A stretch of DNA of 57,535 nt from NCBI GenBank assembly GCA_944363795.1, contig CALVVG010000002.1:1-57535 (forward strand), in the 5' to 3' direction. Position numbers and translations under genes: made by a program. The stretch comes from an uncultured Bacilli bacterium. Lineage in GTDB: Bacteria > Bacillota_I > Bacilli_A > RF39 > UBA660. The notes beneath the pieces are model-generated. The model was not told where the DNA came from and ran no database searches. It saw only the letters and a list, made by a program, of their open reading frames with translations. Shown piece after piece: positions 8,407-18,583 of this stretch (the stretch's first letter is position 1; each line of letters begins with the position of its first letter).

Positions 8407-10453
8407 TTTAATTTTTATTATTCTTTTTTTGTTTTTAATTTTATACATTTTAATTTTTACTAATATAATCAAATATAAATCCGTTTATAATGGCGATGAA
8501 CAAAAAATTGAGGGAAAAATAATAAGCTTTAGTTTAAATGGAAATAAATTAAAATTAAATGTTTTAGCAAAAGAAAAAATAATTGCAACATATTATATTG
8601 ATACAAGAGAAGAAAAAGAAAAAATTTTAAATAAAATTAATATTGGTGATCAAATAATTTTATATGGAGAATTGCAGAAACCTCTCAATAATACAATTCC
8701 TAATAATTTTAATTATAAAAAATATTTGAAAAATAATAAAATTTATTATTTAATCAATGTTGAAAGTTTCGTTGTTAAATCGTCTAATTGTTTTAGAAAT
8801 AAAATAAAGGATTTTTTGTATAAGAGGGCATATAATTTAAAAAATAGTGATTATTTATTAGCTTTAGTTTTAGGAGATAAATCTTTATTAAGTAATGATG
8901 AATATAACGCGTATCAAAATAACGGAACTGCACATTTGTTAGCAATTTCTGGTTCACATATTGCGGTTTTAATATTTATATTTTCTAAAATACTACAAAA
9001 ATTACATGAAGTTAAAAAGCTAATGATTTTAAGCATTATATTATTATTTTTTAGCTTTTTGACAGGTTTTCAGGCTTCTATTAATAGAGCTATATTATTC
9101 TTTATATTAAATAGTATTAATAAGATATTTAAACTACATTTTAATAATTTACAAATTTTATTTTTTACAGCGTTTATCATGATATTACTAAATCCTTTTA
9201 TCATTTATAATATAGGCTTTATATATTCATTTGTCACCTGTGGCGGTATAATATATTTTCAAGATAGAATAAACGGAAATTATATTAATAAATTATTCAA
9301 GGTTAGTTTTATTGCTTTTATATTTAGTTTACCAATTAGTATATATATAAATTATGAATTTAATATTATGTCAATATTATTTAATATGGTTTTTGTTCCC
9401 TTAATTTCCTTGATAATATTTCCAGTGGCTATATTAGCTTTTATATTTTCTTTTTTTAATCCTATTTTTAGTTTAATGTTACAATTTGTTAGTTTTTTAA
9501 ATACAATTTTTGTTAATTTAAGCTTAATTATATATATTCCTAAAACATCTATTTTTATAATTGCTTTTTTATATATTATTTTGTTGCTTATCAGAAAGAA
9601 TTTAGTATTTATAATTATATTTTTATTGATTTTAATATTTATTAAAATTATTCCATATTTGGGTACTGATTATAAAATTTATTTTTTTGATGTTGGGCAG
9701 GGTGATTCAGCATTAATTATTTTCCCACATAATAATAAAACAATTTTGATTGATACAGGAGGTGTAGTAAATTATAAACAGGAAGAGTGGGAGAAAAGCA
9801 CTAAAAATTACAATTTAAGTGATAATATAATTAAATTTTTTAAAAGTATTGGAATTAGAAAAATTGATTATTTAATTATTAGTCATGGTGATTATGACCA
9901 TATTGGAGAGTCAATTAATATAGTCAATAATTTTAAAATAAAAAATGTAATATTTAATAAAGGTTCTTATAACAATTTAGAATTAGAATTAATTAATATA
10001 TTAAATAATAAAAAAATTCCTTATTTTCAAGATATAAATACGATAAATATAAAAAATGGGAATATATTTTTTTTGAATAAAGAATTGTATGATGATGAAA
10101 ATGATAATTCAATAGTACTATATAGTCAAATAAATAATTTCAAATTATTGTTTATGGGAGATGCTAGTGCTACAGTTGAAAATGATATATTAAATAAATT
10201 TAGCTTAAAAAATATTGATATATTAAAAGTTGGTCATCATGGTTCAAATACATCATCAAGTAAAAACTTTATTAATAAACTTAATCCAAGATATGCTATA
10301 ATATCCGTAGGAAAAAATAATAGATATGGGCATCCAATGAAAGAAGTATTAAATCAATTGTCAAATTCGATTGTATATAGAACTGATATAAATGGTACTA
10401 TCATGTTTAGAATAAGCAAACAATCTGTTATGATTGAACAATGGAATTCTTAA
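8348..10453 (+). CDS. comEC: DNA internalization channel ComEC/Rec2 (competence domain plus metallo-beta-lactamase domain)
   Basis: Polytopic membrane protein. NGTAHLLAISGSHI competence motif. C-terminal FDVGQGDS ... SHGDYDHIG ... GHHGS MBL motifs. The start is uncertain and overlaps the comEA 3' end. Confidence 0.85.
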   Translation: MLVELEMQHSSSLKSLLQYNLIFIILFLFLILYILIFTNIIKYKSVYNGDEQKIEGKIISFSLNGNKLKLNVLAKEKIIATYYIDTREEKEKILNKINIGDQIILYGELQKPLNNTIPNNFNYKKYLKNNKIYYLINVESFVVKSSNCFRNKIKDFLYKRAYNLKNSDYLLALVLGDKSLLSNDEYNAYQNNGTAHLLAISGSHIAVLIFIFSKILQKLHEVKKLMILSIILLFFSFLTGFQASINRAILFFILNSINKIFKLHFNNLQILFFTAFIMILLNPFIIYNIGFIYSFVTCGGIIYFQDRINGNYINKLFKVSFIAFIFSLPISIYINYEFNIMSILFNMVFVPLISLIIFPVAILAFIFSFFNPIFSLMLQFVSFLNTIFVNLSLIIYIPKTSIFIIAFLYIILLLIRKNLVFIIIFLLILIFIKIIPYLGTDYKIYFFDVGQGDSALIIFPHNNKTILIDTGGVVNYKQEEWEKSTKNYNLSDNIIKFFKSIGIRKIDYLIISHGDYDHIGESINIVNNFKIKNVIFNKGSYNNLELELINILNNKKIPYFQDINTINIKNGNIFFLNKELYDDENDNSIVLYSQINNFKLLFMGDASATVENDILNKFSLKNIDILKVGHHGSNTSSSKNFINKLNPRYAIISVGKNNRYGHPMKEVLNQLSNSIVYRTDINGTIMFRISKQSVMIEQWNS

Positions 10454-10591
10454 ATTATGGATACAAATACCTATACCTATATTTATTATTTTGCATAAAA
10501 TATAATACATTATATAATGTTTAAAATAGATGGAGAAGAGATTCTCTTTTCTTATTTTCATAATTATAGTAAAATAAAAAAGAGGTATAAA

Positions 10592-11530
10592 ATGAATATA
10601 TATATAATTAGTTGCGAAAGTTATCATTTAATGGATAAAGAAATAGCTAAAATTGTTAAAGATAATCACTATTTACTTTTTAATATGAATAATATATCAT
10701 TATCTGATATTATAGAAGAGGCAAATTATTTTTCTTTAACTGGAGAAACAAAATATATTGTTGTAAAAAATGCTGATTTTTTAGGGGGAGAAAAATTAGA
10801 GGACAACGATCAAAAAAAATTAATTACTTATATTAATAATCCTAATATTAATACTGTAATTATTTTCACAACTTTAAAACCACTAGCGTGGAAAAAAATT
10901 GAAAAAGAAATTAATGCTAATAATTATCAAATAATTAATTATAATAAATTAGATAAAAAGTCTATAATAAACGAAATTACTAAATATGTTAAAGAACGAA
11001 ACTATGAAATAGATTATCAAAGTATTAATTATTTAATCGATAATTCTTATTCCAGTTTAGATATCATTTTTAATGAATTAGATAAAATTATGTTATTTTA
11101 TTTAAAACCACAAAAGATTAATTTTAAGGATATAAACAATTTAGTTGGTATAGAAATTAATAATAATAGCTTTCGTTTTGTAAATTTAGTAATTGAAAAA
11201 AACTTAAGTGAAAGTCTTAAGTCATTAAATGATTTAAAAATTAATAAAGTAGAACCAATTAGTTTAGTAGCATTATTAGCACGTGAGTATCGCTTGATGT
11301 ATTATGTAAAAAAAATGCAAGAAAAAAATTTAACAAAATATGAAATGTGCCAAGAATTACAATTGCGAGATTGGCAACTTAATAAAATATATAATAATGC
11401 TATTACTTATAGTAAAACCGAATTAGAAAAAAATTTAGTAGATTTATGTAATATTGATTTAAATATTAAAAAGGGAATATGGGATAAAGATATTGCTTTA
11501 TATGGATTTTTACTAGAAGCATGTATTTAA
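10592..11530 (+). CDS. holA: DNA polymerase III delta subunit
   Basis: Position directly after comEC, as in Bacillus. About 312 aa. AGAGG RBS before the ATG at 10592. Sequence similarity is weak by eye, so the call rests mostly on synteny and size. Confidence 0.65.
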   Translation: MNIYIISCESYHLMDKEIAKIVKDNHYLLFNMNNISLSDIIEEANYFSLTGETKYIVVKNADFLGGEKLEDNDQKKLITYINNPNINTVIIFTTLKPLAWKKIEKEINANNYQIINYNKLDKKSIINEITKYVKERNYEIDYQSINYLIDNSYSSLDIIFNELDKIMLFYLKPQKINFKDINNLVGIEINNNSFRFVNLVIEKNLSESLKSLNDLKINKVEPISLVALLAREYRLMYYVKKMQEKNLTKYEMCQELQLRDWQLNKIYNNAITYSKTELEKNLVDLCNIDLNIKKGIWDKDIALYGFLLEACI

Positions 11531-12453
11531 ATTTTTTTAATTTTTTCAGTGTTTTTAAAATTTAATTTTGCAACTTTTTTTAATATATCTTTGCCAAATT
11601 TTTCTACCAATTTTTTACCAAATTTATCTACATTTTCTCCAGCACCTTTTGGGACTTCTTCATTAATTAAATTGCTTATTTTAGCAATTTCTTTTAAAAA
11701 GATGTATCTACTTATGATTGATGCACAAGCAACACTTAGACATTTGTCTTCTGCTTTAGGAGTAAAAGTAATGTTATTAATTTTATTTTTAATATCTTTT
11801 AAATATTCATAATATTTGGTGGGTGGGGTAAATTGGTCAACAATAATTTTATCATAATTTAAATTTTTATTAACCATGGTTAGTAAAGCTTTGTTATGTA
11901 AAATAGCTTTTATTTTGTTCATATTTAAATCATCACTATATTTGTTATTATAGTCTTCATTATTTAAAACAAATATACTATAAGGAATTTCATTCATAAT
12001 TTGAGGAGCTATTTTATTTATGGTTTCATCATTTATTTTTTTAGAATCTCCAACATTTAAACTATTTAAAAAATTTTGCTTATCTTTAGATACAAAAGTT
12101 GCTGTAACAACGATTGGACCAAAATAATCACCAGTTCCAACTTCATCAGATCCAATTGTGTTATACATATCATATTCATGGCGTTTATTATTTTCTTTAA
12201 TTTTATTTTTCCCCGTTTTTATATCTATAATACGATTATTTAATTTTTTTTCTAAATCAATCCATATATTGGCATCAACATCTGCACTGATACCTTGGAA
12301 CATTACTTTACCACTTTCATAAAGAGTAATTATAGTATCTGCTTCTTGAGCTTGAAAAATTGCATAAGGAGGAGTTTTTTCCCTAACAAGATTTTTATAA
12401 TAATGAATCATCTTTTCTTTGATATTTTCGCTAACTTTAAATACTATTGTCAT
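11527..12453 (-). CDS. rnhC: ribonuclease HIII
   Basis: GSDEVGTGDYFGP catalytic motif. N-terminal TBP-like domain. 308 aa. Confidence 0.85.
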   Translation of the reverse strand: MTIVFKVSENIKEKMIHYYKNLVREKTPPYAIFQAQEADTIITLYESGKVMFQGISADVDANIWIDLEKKLNNRIIDIKTGKNKIKENNKRHEYDMYNTIGSDEVGTGDYFGPIVVTATFVSKDKQNFLNSLNVGDSKKINDETINKIAPQIMNEIPYSIFVLNNEDYNNKYSDDLNMNKIKAILHNKALLTMVNKNLNYDKIIVDQFTPPTKYYEYLKDIKNKINNITFTPKAEDKCLSVACASIISRYIFLKEIAKISNLINEEVPKGAGENVDKFGKKLVEKFGKDILKKVAKLNFKNTEKIKKI

Positions 12454-12540
12454 TTTTTTACCTCACTTGGTTTAATTTTAACATAATTTTCTTTATTTTT
12501 CATCATAATTATAATATAATTAAAATGAGGAGATAAAGTT

Positions 12541-13242
12541 ATGAATTTGATGGATGTAATTAGTATTTTAATTATATTACTTTTTATTGTTTTAGGCTTT
12601 AAAAAGGGAGTAATTAAAAGCTTGGTACAACTTGTTGGAACATGTGCCGTTTTAGTTTTGGCTTTTGTGTTTAAAGATTTTTTAGCAAATTTTTTGATGA
12701 GCTTTTTGCCATTTTTTAATTTTGGTGGATTATTCGAAGGTATTTCATCGATTAATATCTTAATGTATGAATTAATTTCCTTTGTGATATTATATGTGCT
12801 ATTTTATTGTATACTAAGTATTATAATTAATTTAGCAGGTTTAGTAGAAAAAATTTTAAAATTCACTGTAATTTTAGCCATTCCTTCTAAAATATTAGGA
12901 GCTATTTTAGGATTAGTAGAAGGAATAATTATGGCATTTTTAATATTATTCATTTTATTCCATTTGCCACAAACTGAAAATATGGTAGCAGAAAGTAAAT
13001 TTGCAATAATTATTTTAGAAAGAACCCCTGTTATTGGTAATGTTGCTGCTAATACTACTCAAGCTTTAGAAGAAATAGTTGTACTATTAAACGAAATGCA
13101 AGAATCTAATAATAGAGAACAAGTAGATGCTAATGTATTAACTATTTTACAAAAATATGGCATAATTAATACTGCAGATGCTAAAAAATTACAAGAAGAA
13201 GGAAAAATAAAATTAGAAAATGTAATAATTGAGGAGGTGTGA
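12541..13242 (+). CDS. CvpA-family membrane protein
   Basis: Four predicted TM helices. N-terminal MDVISILIILLFIVLGFKKGVIK matches the CvpA pattern. Located next to rnhC, as in Bacillus. Confidence 0.65.
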   Translation: MNLMDVISILIILLFIVLGFKKGVIKSLVQLVGTCAVLVLAFVFKDFLANFLMSFLPFFNFGGLFEGISSINILMYELISFVILYVLFYCILSIIINLAGLVEKILKFTVILAIPSKILGAILGLVEGIIMAFLILFILFHLPQTENMVAESKFAIIILERTPVIGNVAANTTQALEEIVVLLNEMQESNNREQVDANVLTILQKYGIINTADAKKLQEEGKIKLENVIIEEV

Positions 13243-13246
13243 TTAT

Positions 13247-13534
13247 ATGATAAAACATTTAGAAAAATCAGAGGATTTTAATACGCTAATAAAAGATAAA
13301 GTTTTAGTTGATTTTTATGCCGATTGGTGTGGACCTTGTAAAATGTTAGCACCATTATTGGAAGAAATTAAAAACGTTAACATTTTAAAGGTTAATGTAG
13401 ATTTATATCCAGATTTAGCTGCCAAATATGGTATAATGAGTATTCCAACTTTAATTTTATTTGAAAATAGTAAAGAATTAAAAAAAGAAATAGGTTTTAA
13501 AACTTTAGATGAAATAAAAAAAATGTGTGAATAA
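13247..13534 (+). CDS. trxA: thioredoxin
   Basis: WCGPCK active site. GAGGAGG RBS upstream of the ATG at 13247. Confidence 0.9.
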   Translation: MIKHLEKSEDFNTLIKDKVLVDFYADWCGPCKMLAPLLEEIKNVNILKVNVDLYPDLAAKYGIMSIPTLILFENSKELKKEIGFKTLDEIKKMCE

Positions 13535-13542
13535 GGAGTTTT

Positions 13543-14037
13543 ATGAAAAAAAGAATATTGATGTTAATTGTTTTACTTGGTATAGGATTTGTATTAAGTG
13601 GATGTTTAGCAAGTCAAGATAAAGTTTTTACTATAGATGATTTACAAATTACTTTAACGGATGATTTTAAAGAAACTGATCAAGACGAAGGATTTACAGC
13701 TTATTTTGAAAGTAATACTATTGGAGTAGCAATAATGAAAGAAACATTTGCTTCATTAGAAGTAATTGATTTAAATTCTGAATCCACTATTGAAAAATAT
13801 ATTGCTGCAGTACAAAGTGCTGGCAATGTAAGTTATGAAATTCAAAATAAAGATAATATTACATATTTTACTTACGAAAGTGAAATAGATGGAACGAATT
13901 TTTATTATATGACTGCTTTTTATAAAGGTAACGATGCTTTTTGGATAGTTAATTTATTTTGTGAAGAAACTAATAAAAGTGAATTGGAAAATTCTTTAAT
14001 GAACTTTGCAAAAAGTGTTAAATTTATAAAAGAATAA
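13543..14037 (+). CDS. lipoprotein, function unknown
   Basis: Signal peptide with lipobox LSGC (MKKRILMLIVLLGIGFVLSGC). Confidence 0.6.
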   Translation: MKKRILMLIVLLGIGFVLSGCLASQDKVFTIDDLQITLTDDFKETDQDEGFTAYFESNTIGVAIMKETFASLEVIDLNSESTIEKYIAAVQSAGNVSYEIQNKDNITYFTYESEIDGTNFYYMTAFYKGNDAFWIVNLFCEETNKSELENSLMNFAKSVKFIKE

Positions 14038-14052
14038 AAACATTTTATTACT

Positions 14053-14090
14053 AAAACCCGTCGCATTATTTTTAACGACGGGTTTTTATT
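14053..14090 (+). terminator. intrinsic terminator
   Basis: AAAACCCGTCG ... CGACGGGTTTTT, a GC-rich stem with a T-run. Confidence 0.8.
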
Positions 14091-14099
14091 AAACTTTAG

Positions 14100-14315
14100 T
14101 ATGTGGCTTACGGAGTAAGCCATCAAAAAACCACTAGCTAAGCTAGTGGTATTAATACGCTTAAAGCAATATGACATCTCACCGTGCTATAATATGATGC
14201 GTTCAAGCTCATATAATGCACGAAAGGAGAGATGTCATGGCTAAAAGTTTAGCACATACAAAATATATGTGCAAGTACCATATTGTGTTTATTTAACATC
14301 ATTATCGATGTTAAT
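14100..14315 (+). mobile_element. miniature or truncated IS200/IS605-family element: hairpin-rich left end, first 19 codons of a Y1 transposase, terminal hairpin
   Basis: ORF 14237..14296 encodes MAKSLAHTKYMCKYHIVFI*, matching the conserved IS200 TnpA N-terminus (KSLAHT.W/Y.CKYHIVF). Hairpins at 14104-14122 and 14130-14150. ATGACATCTC (14171-14180) pairs with GAGATGTCAT (14229-14238) across the RBS and start codon. AACATC/GATGTT hairpin lies near 14295-14312. Confidence 0.7.
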
Positions 14316-14329
14316 TTACAATAATATAT

Positions 14330-14686
14330 TTAATTTTGTTTTTTTATTACAGTAGCTCCCACATTTTTATAAGTTCGGGTTAGTAATCCAGCTCCTAATT
14401 TAATACCTCCAAAGTAACGAACTACAACAAGTAATGCATTGTTGATTTTTTGTATTTCTAATAAATTATAAAGTGGTAACCCTGCTGTATTAGTTGGTTC
14501 TTTGTCATCACTTTTGCCGGCTGTATTGCCATATTTATAAGCATATACAATATGTTTAGCTTTTTTATGTTCTTTTTTTAAATTAGTAATAATATTACTT
14601 ACTTCTTCTTGAGTATTTAATTTATAAAAATAAGCTATAAATTTAGACTTTTTAACTTCTAATGTAAAACTATTGATTAATTTCAT
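14330..14686 (-). CDS. YigZ/IMPACT-family protein (UPF0029 N-terminal domain only)
   Basis: HIVYAYKYG...SDDKEPTNTAGLPL...VVVRYFGGIKLGAGLLTRTY, typical of the IMPACT/YigZ core. Confidence 0.7.
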   Translation of the reverse strand: MKLINSFTLEVKKSKFIAYFYKLNTQEEVSNIITNLKKEHKKAKHIVYAYKYGNTAGKSDDKEPTNTAGLPLYNLLEIQKINNALLVVVRYFGGIKLGAGLLTRTYKNVGATVIKKQN

Positions 14687-14754
14687 TAAATCACCATCAA
14701 TATTATATCGTAAAAAAAGTATATTTTGTAGTATAATAGATAAAGGTGGTAAAA

Positions 14755-16527
14755 ATGCTTAAAGAAAAGTTAAAGACAATACCTCATTTACCTGGATCTT
14801 ACCAAATGCGTAATGTACATAATAATATAATATATGTTGGAAAAGCTAAGGATTTATTTAAGAGAGTAAATAGCTATTTTAAGGGAAATGTAACTGGTAA
14901 AACTGCTAAAATGGTTAGTGAAGTGGTGGATTTTACTTATATTACAACAACTACAGAGCAAGAAGCATTTATTTTAGAACTTAATTTGATTAAAGAATAC
15001 AATCCTAAATATAATATTTTACTCAAAGATGATAAAAGTTACCCTTATATAGAATATATTAGTAAACCTTATCCAAAATTAAAAGTGGCAAGATATTTAA
15101 ATATCAAAAAAAAGGATAAAAAAATGTTATTTGGGCCTTATCCTAATGCTTATGCAGCTAGGAAAATTGTAAGCTTAATTAATCGATTATATCCACTAAA
15201 AAAATGTGATGGTATGCCAAAAAAAGTTTGTTTATATTATCATATTGGTGAATGCTTGGGTTACTGCGAAAAAAATGTTAATCAGGAAAAGTTACAAATA
15301 ATGGAAAATGAAATATTAGGATTTTTAAAAGGTGATGATAAAATATTAATAAATAAAATAATGGAAAAAATCAATGCTTTTAGTGAAAATTTAAATTTTG
15401 AGGCAGCTATAGAATTAAAAAAAGAATTACAATATATAAAGGTAATATTGGATAAACAAAGAGTTGAATTACATGACTATGTTAACAGAGACGTTATTAG
15501 TTATTATTTTGATGAAGGAATAATTTCTGTTCAAATATTATTTATAAGAAATGGCAAAATTATTGGTGGAAACAATGATAAATTTTATTTAATTAGTGAT
15601 GTCTTTGATGAGGTAAATTCTTACATATTAAACTTTTATACTAAACATGAAATACCCAAAGAACTACTTTTAATGGATGGTTTAAATGCAGATGTTATTA
15701 GCAATATTTTAAATACTAAAGCATATATTCCTCAAAAAGGAAACAAGAAAAACTTAGTAGAAATGGCTAGTGTCAATGCTAAAATAAGTTTGGAACAAGA
15801 AGTAAAAATTATTAGAAACAATGAAAAAAGAAGTGTTTTGGCAAATGAAGAATTAAAAGATTTACTGAAGTTATCAGTATTAGATAGAATAGATTCATTT
15901 GATAATTCTAATCTTTTTGGCTCATTTGCAGTAAGTGGAATGGTTGTATTTAAAAATGGTAATCCTTGTAAAAAAGAATATCGTAAATATAAAGTAAGTA
16001 TTGATAAAAATGATGATTATAATACTATGAAGGAAGTTATTTATAGAAGGTATTACAGAGCTTTAGTTGATAAACTAGAATTACCGGAATTGATTTTAGT
16101 TGATGGTGGAGAAAATCAAATAAGAGCTTGTAAAGAAGTTTTAAATTCTTTACATTTAAATATTAAGGTTTGCGGGTTAAAAAAAGATGAGCATCATAGA
16201 ACAAGTGAACTTATTGATGGTGATACATTAGAAAAACTTGAAATAGCTAAAAATAGTAACTTATTTCATTATTTAACTCGTATTCAAGATGAGGTTCATA
16301 GATATACTATTAATTATCATAAAACTTTACGAGATAAAGGTAGTATAGCTAGTGTATTAGATAATATTGATGGTATAGGTAAAATTAGAAAAAAAGAGTT
16401 AATAAAAAAATATGGTAGTTTAAAAAAAATGAGTGAAGCATCTGTTAAAGAATTACAAGAAATTATTCCAGAGCAGGTAGCAATAAATTTAATTAAATAT
16501 TTGAAAGAAAGGAATGAAGCCCATTGA
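14755..16527 (+). CDS. uvrC: excinuclease ABC subunit C
   Basis: GIY-YIG N-terminus (PGSYQMRN...IIYVGKAKDL). UvrB-binding, endonuclease and C-terminal HhH regions. About 590 aa. Confidence 0.9.
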   Translation: MLKEKLKTIPHLPGSYQMRNVHNNIIYVGKAKDLFKRVNSYFKGNVTGKTAKMVSEVVDFTYITTTTEQEAFILELNLIKEYNPKYNILLKDDKSYPYIEYISKPYPKLKVARYLNIKKKDKKMLFGPYPNAYAARKIVSLINRLYPLKKCDGMPKKVCLYYHIGECLGYCEKNVNQEKLQIMENEILGFLKGDDKILINKIMEKINAFSENLNFEAAIELKKELQYIKVILDKQRVELHDYVNRDVISYYFDEGIISVQILFIRNGKIIGGNNDKFYLISDVFDEVNSYILNFYTKHEIPKELLLMDGLNADVISNILNTKAYIPQKGNKKNLVEMASVNAKISLEQEVKIIRNNEKRSVLANEELKDLLKLSVLDRIDSFDNSNLFGSFAVSGMVVFKNGNPCKKEYRKYKVSIDKNDDYNTMKEVIYRRYYRALVDKLELPELILVDGGENQIRACKEVLNSLHLNIKVCGLKKDEHHRTSELIDGDTLEKLEIAKNSNLFHYLTRIQDEVHRYTINYHKTLRDKGSIASVLDNIDGIGKIRKKELIKKYGSLKKMSEASVKELQEIIPEQVAINLIKYLKERNEAH

Positions 16528-17645
16528 TTAGGTTAAATAAAAATCCTAATATCAAAATTAATTCAGAAATTAATTATTATTTTAATCCCGATTTTGTTTA
16601 TATTCCCATAAATTCTCAAATATTAGTAAAACAAAATGAATCTATTACTAAAGGTCAATTTGTAACATCCAATTTAGAATCACCAATTTCTGGTGTTGCA
16701 ATGGGAATTAAAAATATGCAAATAGAAAAAAATATGCAAAAATGTTTAGTAATAGCAAATGACTATAAAGAAATATCTAAAAATAAAAAAATAAAAATGC
16801 GGCAAATTACTATAGATAAAATTATCAAAATATTAACTGAGAATCATGAAGAAAAATTATTGAAAAAATTTAAAAATCAAAATAGGTTTGATAGAATTAT
16901 TATTAGTGCTATTAATGATGAACCCTATGTTTACAATAATATATTTATATTGAAAGAAAATATTTCTGATTTATTGATGATAATTGATCATCTTAGTTTA
17001 ATTTATAAAAGTGATAATAATTATTTAATAATAAAAAATAATGAGGCAAACATTATAAATGAATGTCTTAATGTAATTGGTACATATCCAAATATAAAGT
17101 TAACATTAGTAAATGATGAATATTTGTTAGGAAAAGAAGAATTCATTGTTAAAAAACTGAAAGTTGAAAATTCTAAAAATTTATATTTGGAAGTTGAGGA
17201 TTTAAATATTTTAGCAAATTATTTGTTGGGTAAGGACAATTCTACTAAATTAATAACAATTTCCGGTGATGCTATTTTAGAAAATAAAACAATTTTAACT
17301 AAAAAAAATGTAATGCTTTTAGATATTATAAAAAAATATATTAAAATTATTGAAAAACAATATATAGTAATTATTAATGGGCTTATGTGTGGGTATGAAA
17401 TTGTAACAATGGATAAATTTATCGTTACAAATAACATAAATTCAATTAATATAATAAAACCACCGATTTATAAAACTACCGAATGCATAAATTGTGGTAA
17501 ATGTATCGAAATTTGTCCGAAAAAAGTAAATCCTATTAATTTACAAAACGTAAAAAATTGTATAAATTGTGGACTATGCTCTTATATTTGTCCTTGTTTT
17601 ATCAATTTAAAAAAACGTTTAGAAAAGGGTAAAAATTATGAATAA
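16524..17645 (+). CDS. RnfC-like protein with two C-terminal 4Fe-4S clusters
   Basis: N-terminal barrel-sandwich-like SPISGVAMGI. INDEPYVYNN resembles the RnfC ECEPY segment. CINCGKCIEICP and CINCGLCSYICP. Shorter than canonical RnfC. Confidence 0.55.
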   Translation: MIRLNKNPNIKINSEINYYFNPDFVYIPINSQILVKQNESITKGQFVTSNLESPISGVAMGIKNMQIEKNMQKCLVIANDYKEISKNKKIKMRQITIDKIIKILTENHEEKLLKKFKNQNRFDRIIISAINDEPYVYNNIFILKENISDLLMIIDHLSLIYKSDNNYLIIKNNEANIINECLNVIGTYPNIKLTLVNDEYLLGKEEFIVKKLKVENSKNLYLEVEDLNILANYLLGKDNSTKLITISGDAILENKTILTKKNVMLLDIIKKYIKIIEKQYIVIINGLMCGYEIVTMDKFIVTNNINSINIIKPPIYKTTECINCGKCIEICPKKVNPINLQNVKNCINCGLCSYICPCFINLKKRLEKGKNYE

Positions 17646-18495
17646 TATTTATTTTCACAATCAAGATACTTTAAAAAAAATAGTTATTAAATATTTATTG
17701 GGATTAATCCCTTTAATTATATATGGTTTTTATAAAAATGGCATATTGCTGTACTTAGATAATTTAATATCATTTACTAATTTGTTTACTATTTTTTATT
17801 TATTAATTATTGGTATAGTATTACTATTAATAGTTAATTATATATTTAAGAAAGACACATTTTGGAATATGGATTTAATATTAGTGATTATTGTATCAAT
17901 GTTTATGCCTTCAAGAATTAATTTAATTATATATACTATATTTTTATTTTTATCGTTAATTATTATTAATTTAATATCTAAAAAAATCAAATATAATAAA
18001 ATATCATTAGTTGTTTTATTGATTCTTTTAGGTTTAATCTTATTTAATAAATTAAATTATATGAATTTAGCTGAAGAAATGGAGATTTATGCATTAAATT
18101 TTTTTGATTTAATATGTGGTAGAAGTGTTGGTGGTATTGCTACATCTAATATTGTATTGGGAATAATTTGTTTATTTTATTTTGCATTTTTTAATAATTA
18201 TAAAAAAATAATTGCCTTTAGCAGTTTAGTAGCATTTGTAATCTGTACTTTAATTATAAAAAATTTTGATATATATGCAATTTTAACTAGTAATGCAATA
18301 TTAGCTTTAATTTTAATTGCTCCAGAAAGTATCAATACCCCAATAAATCTAAAACAAATGGTAATTTATGGTATTGGATTAGGAATATTAGTAAGTATTT
18401 TTACTAATTTTGTTTCAATGCAAATTGGCTGTTTTTTGGCTATATTTATTTGGAGCATTTTAATGGATGTACTTGTCAATTTATTAGAAAAATGA
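17638..18495 (+). CDS. RnfD/NqrB-like polytopic membrane protein
   Basis: Eight to nine predicted TM helices. GRSVGGIATSNIVLGI resembles the RnfD G..GE.S segment. Translationally overlaps the RnfC-like gene. Confidence 0.45.
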   Translation: MNNIYFHNQDTLKKIVIKYLLGLIPLIIYGFYKNGILLYLDNLISFTNLFTIFYLLIIGIVLLLIVNYIFKKDTFWNMDLILVIIVSMFMPSRINLIIYTIFLFLSLIIINLISKKIKYNKISLVVLLILLGLILFNKLNYMNLAEEMEIYALNFFDLICGRSVGGIATSNIVLGIICLFYFAFFNNYKKIIAFSSLVAFVICTLIIKNFDIYAILTSNAILALILIAPESINTPINLKQMVIYGIGLGILVSIFTNFVSMQIGCFLAIFIWSILMDVLVNLLEK

Positions 18496-18583
18496 TAAAA
18501 TAATTGCGATTTTGAAAAATACATCATTAAAAAAAGGAAATAGCATAATAAATGGTAATAATTATATATAGAAGGGATTTTTT

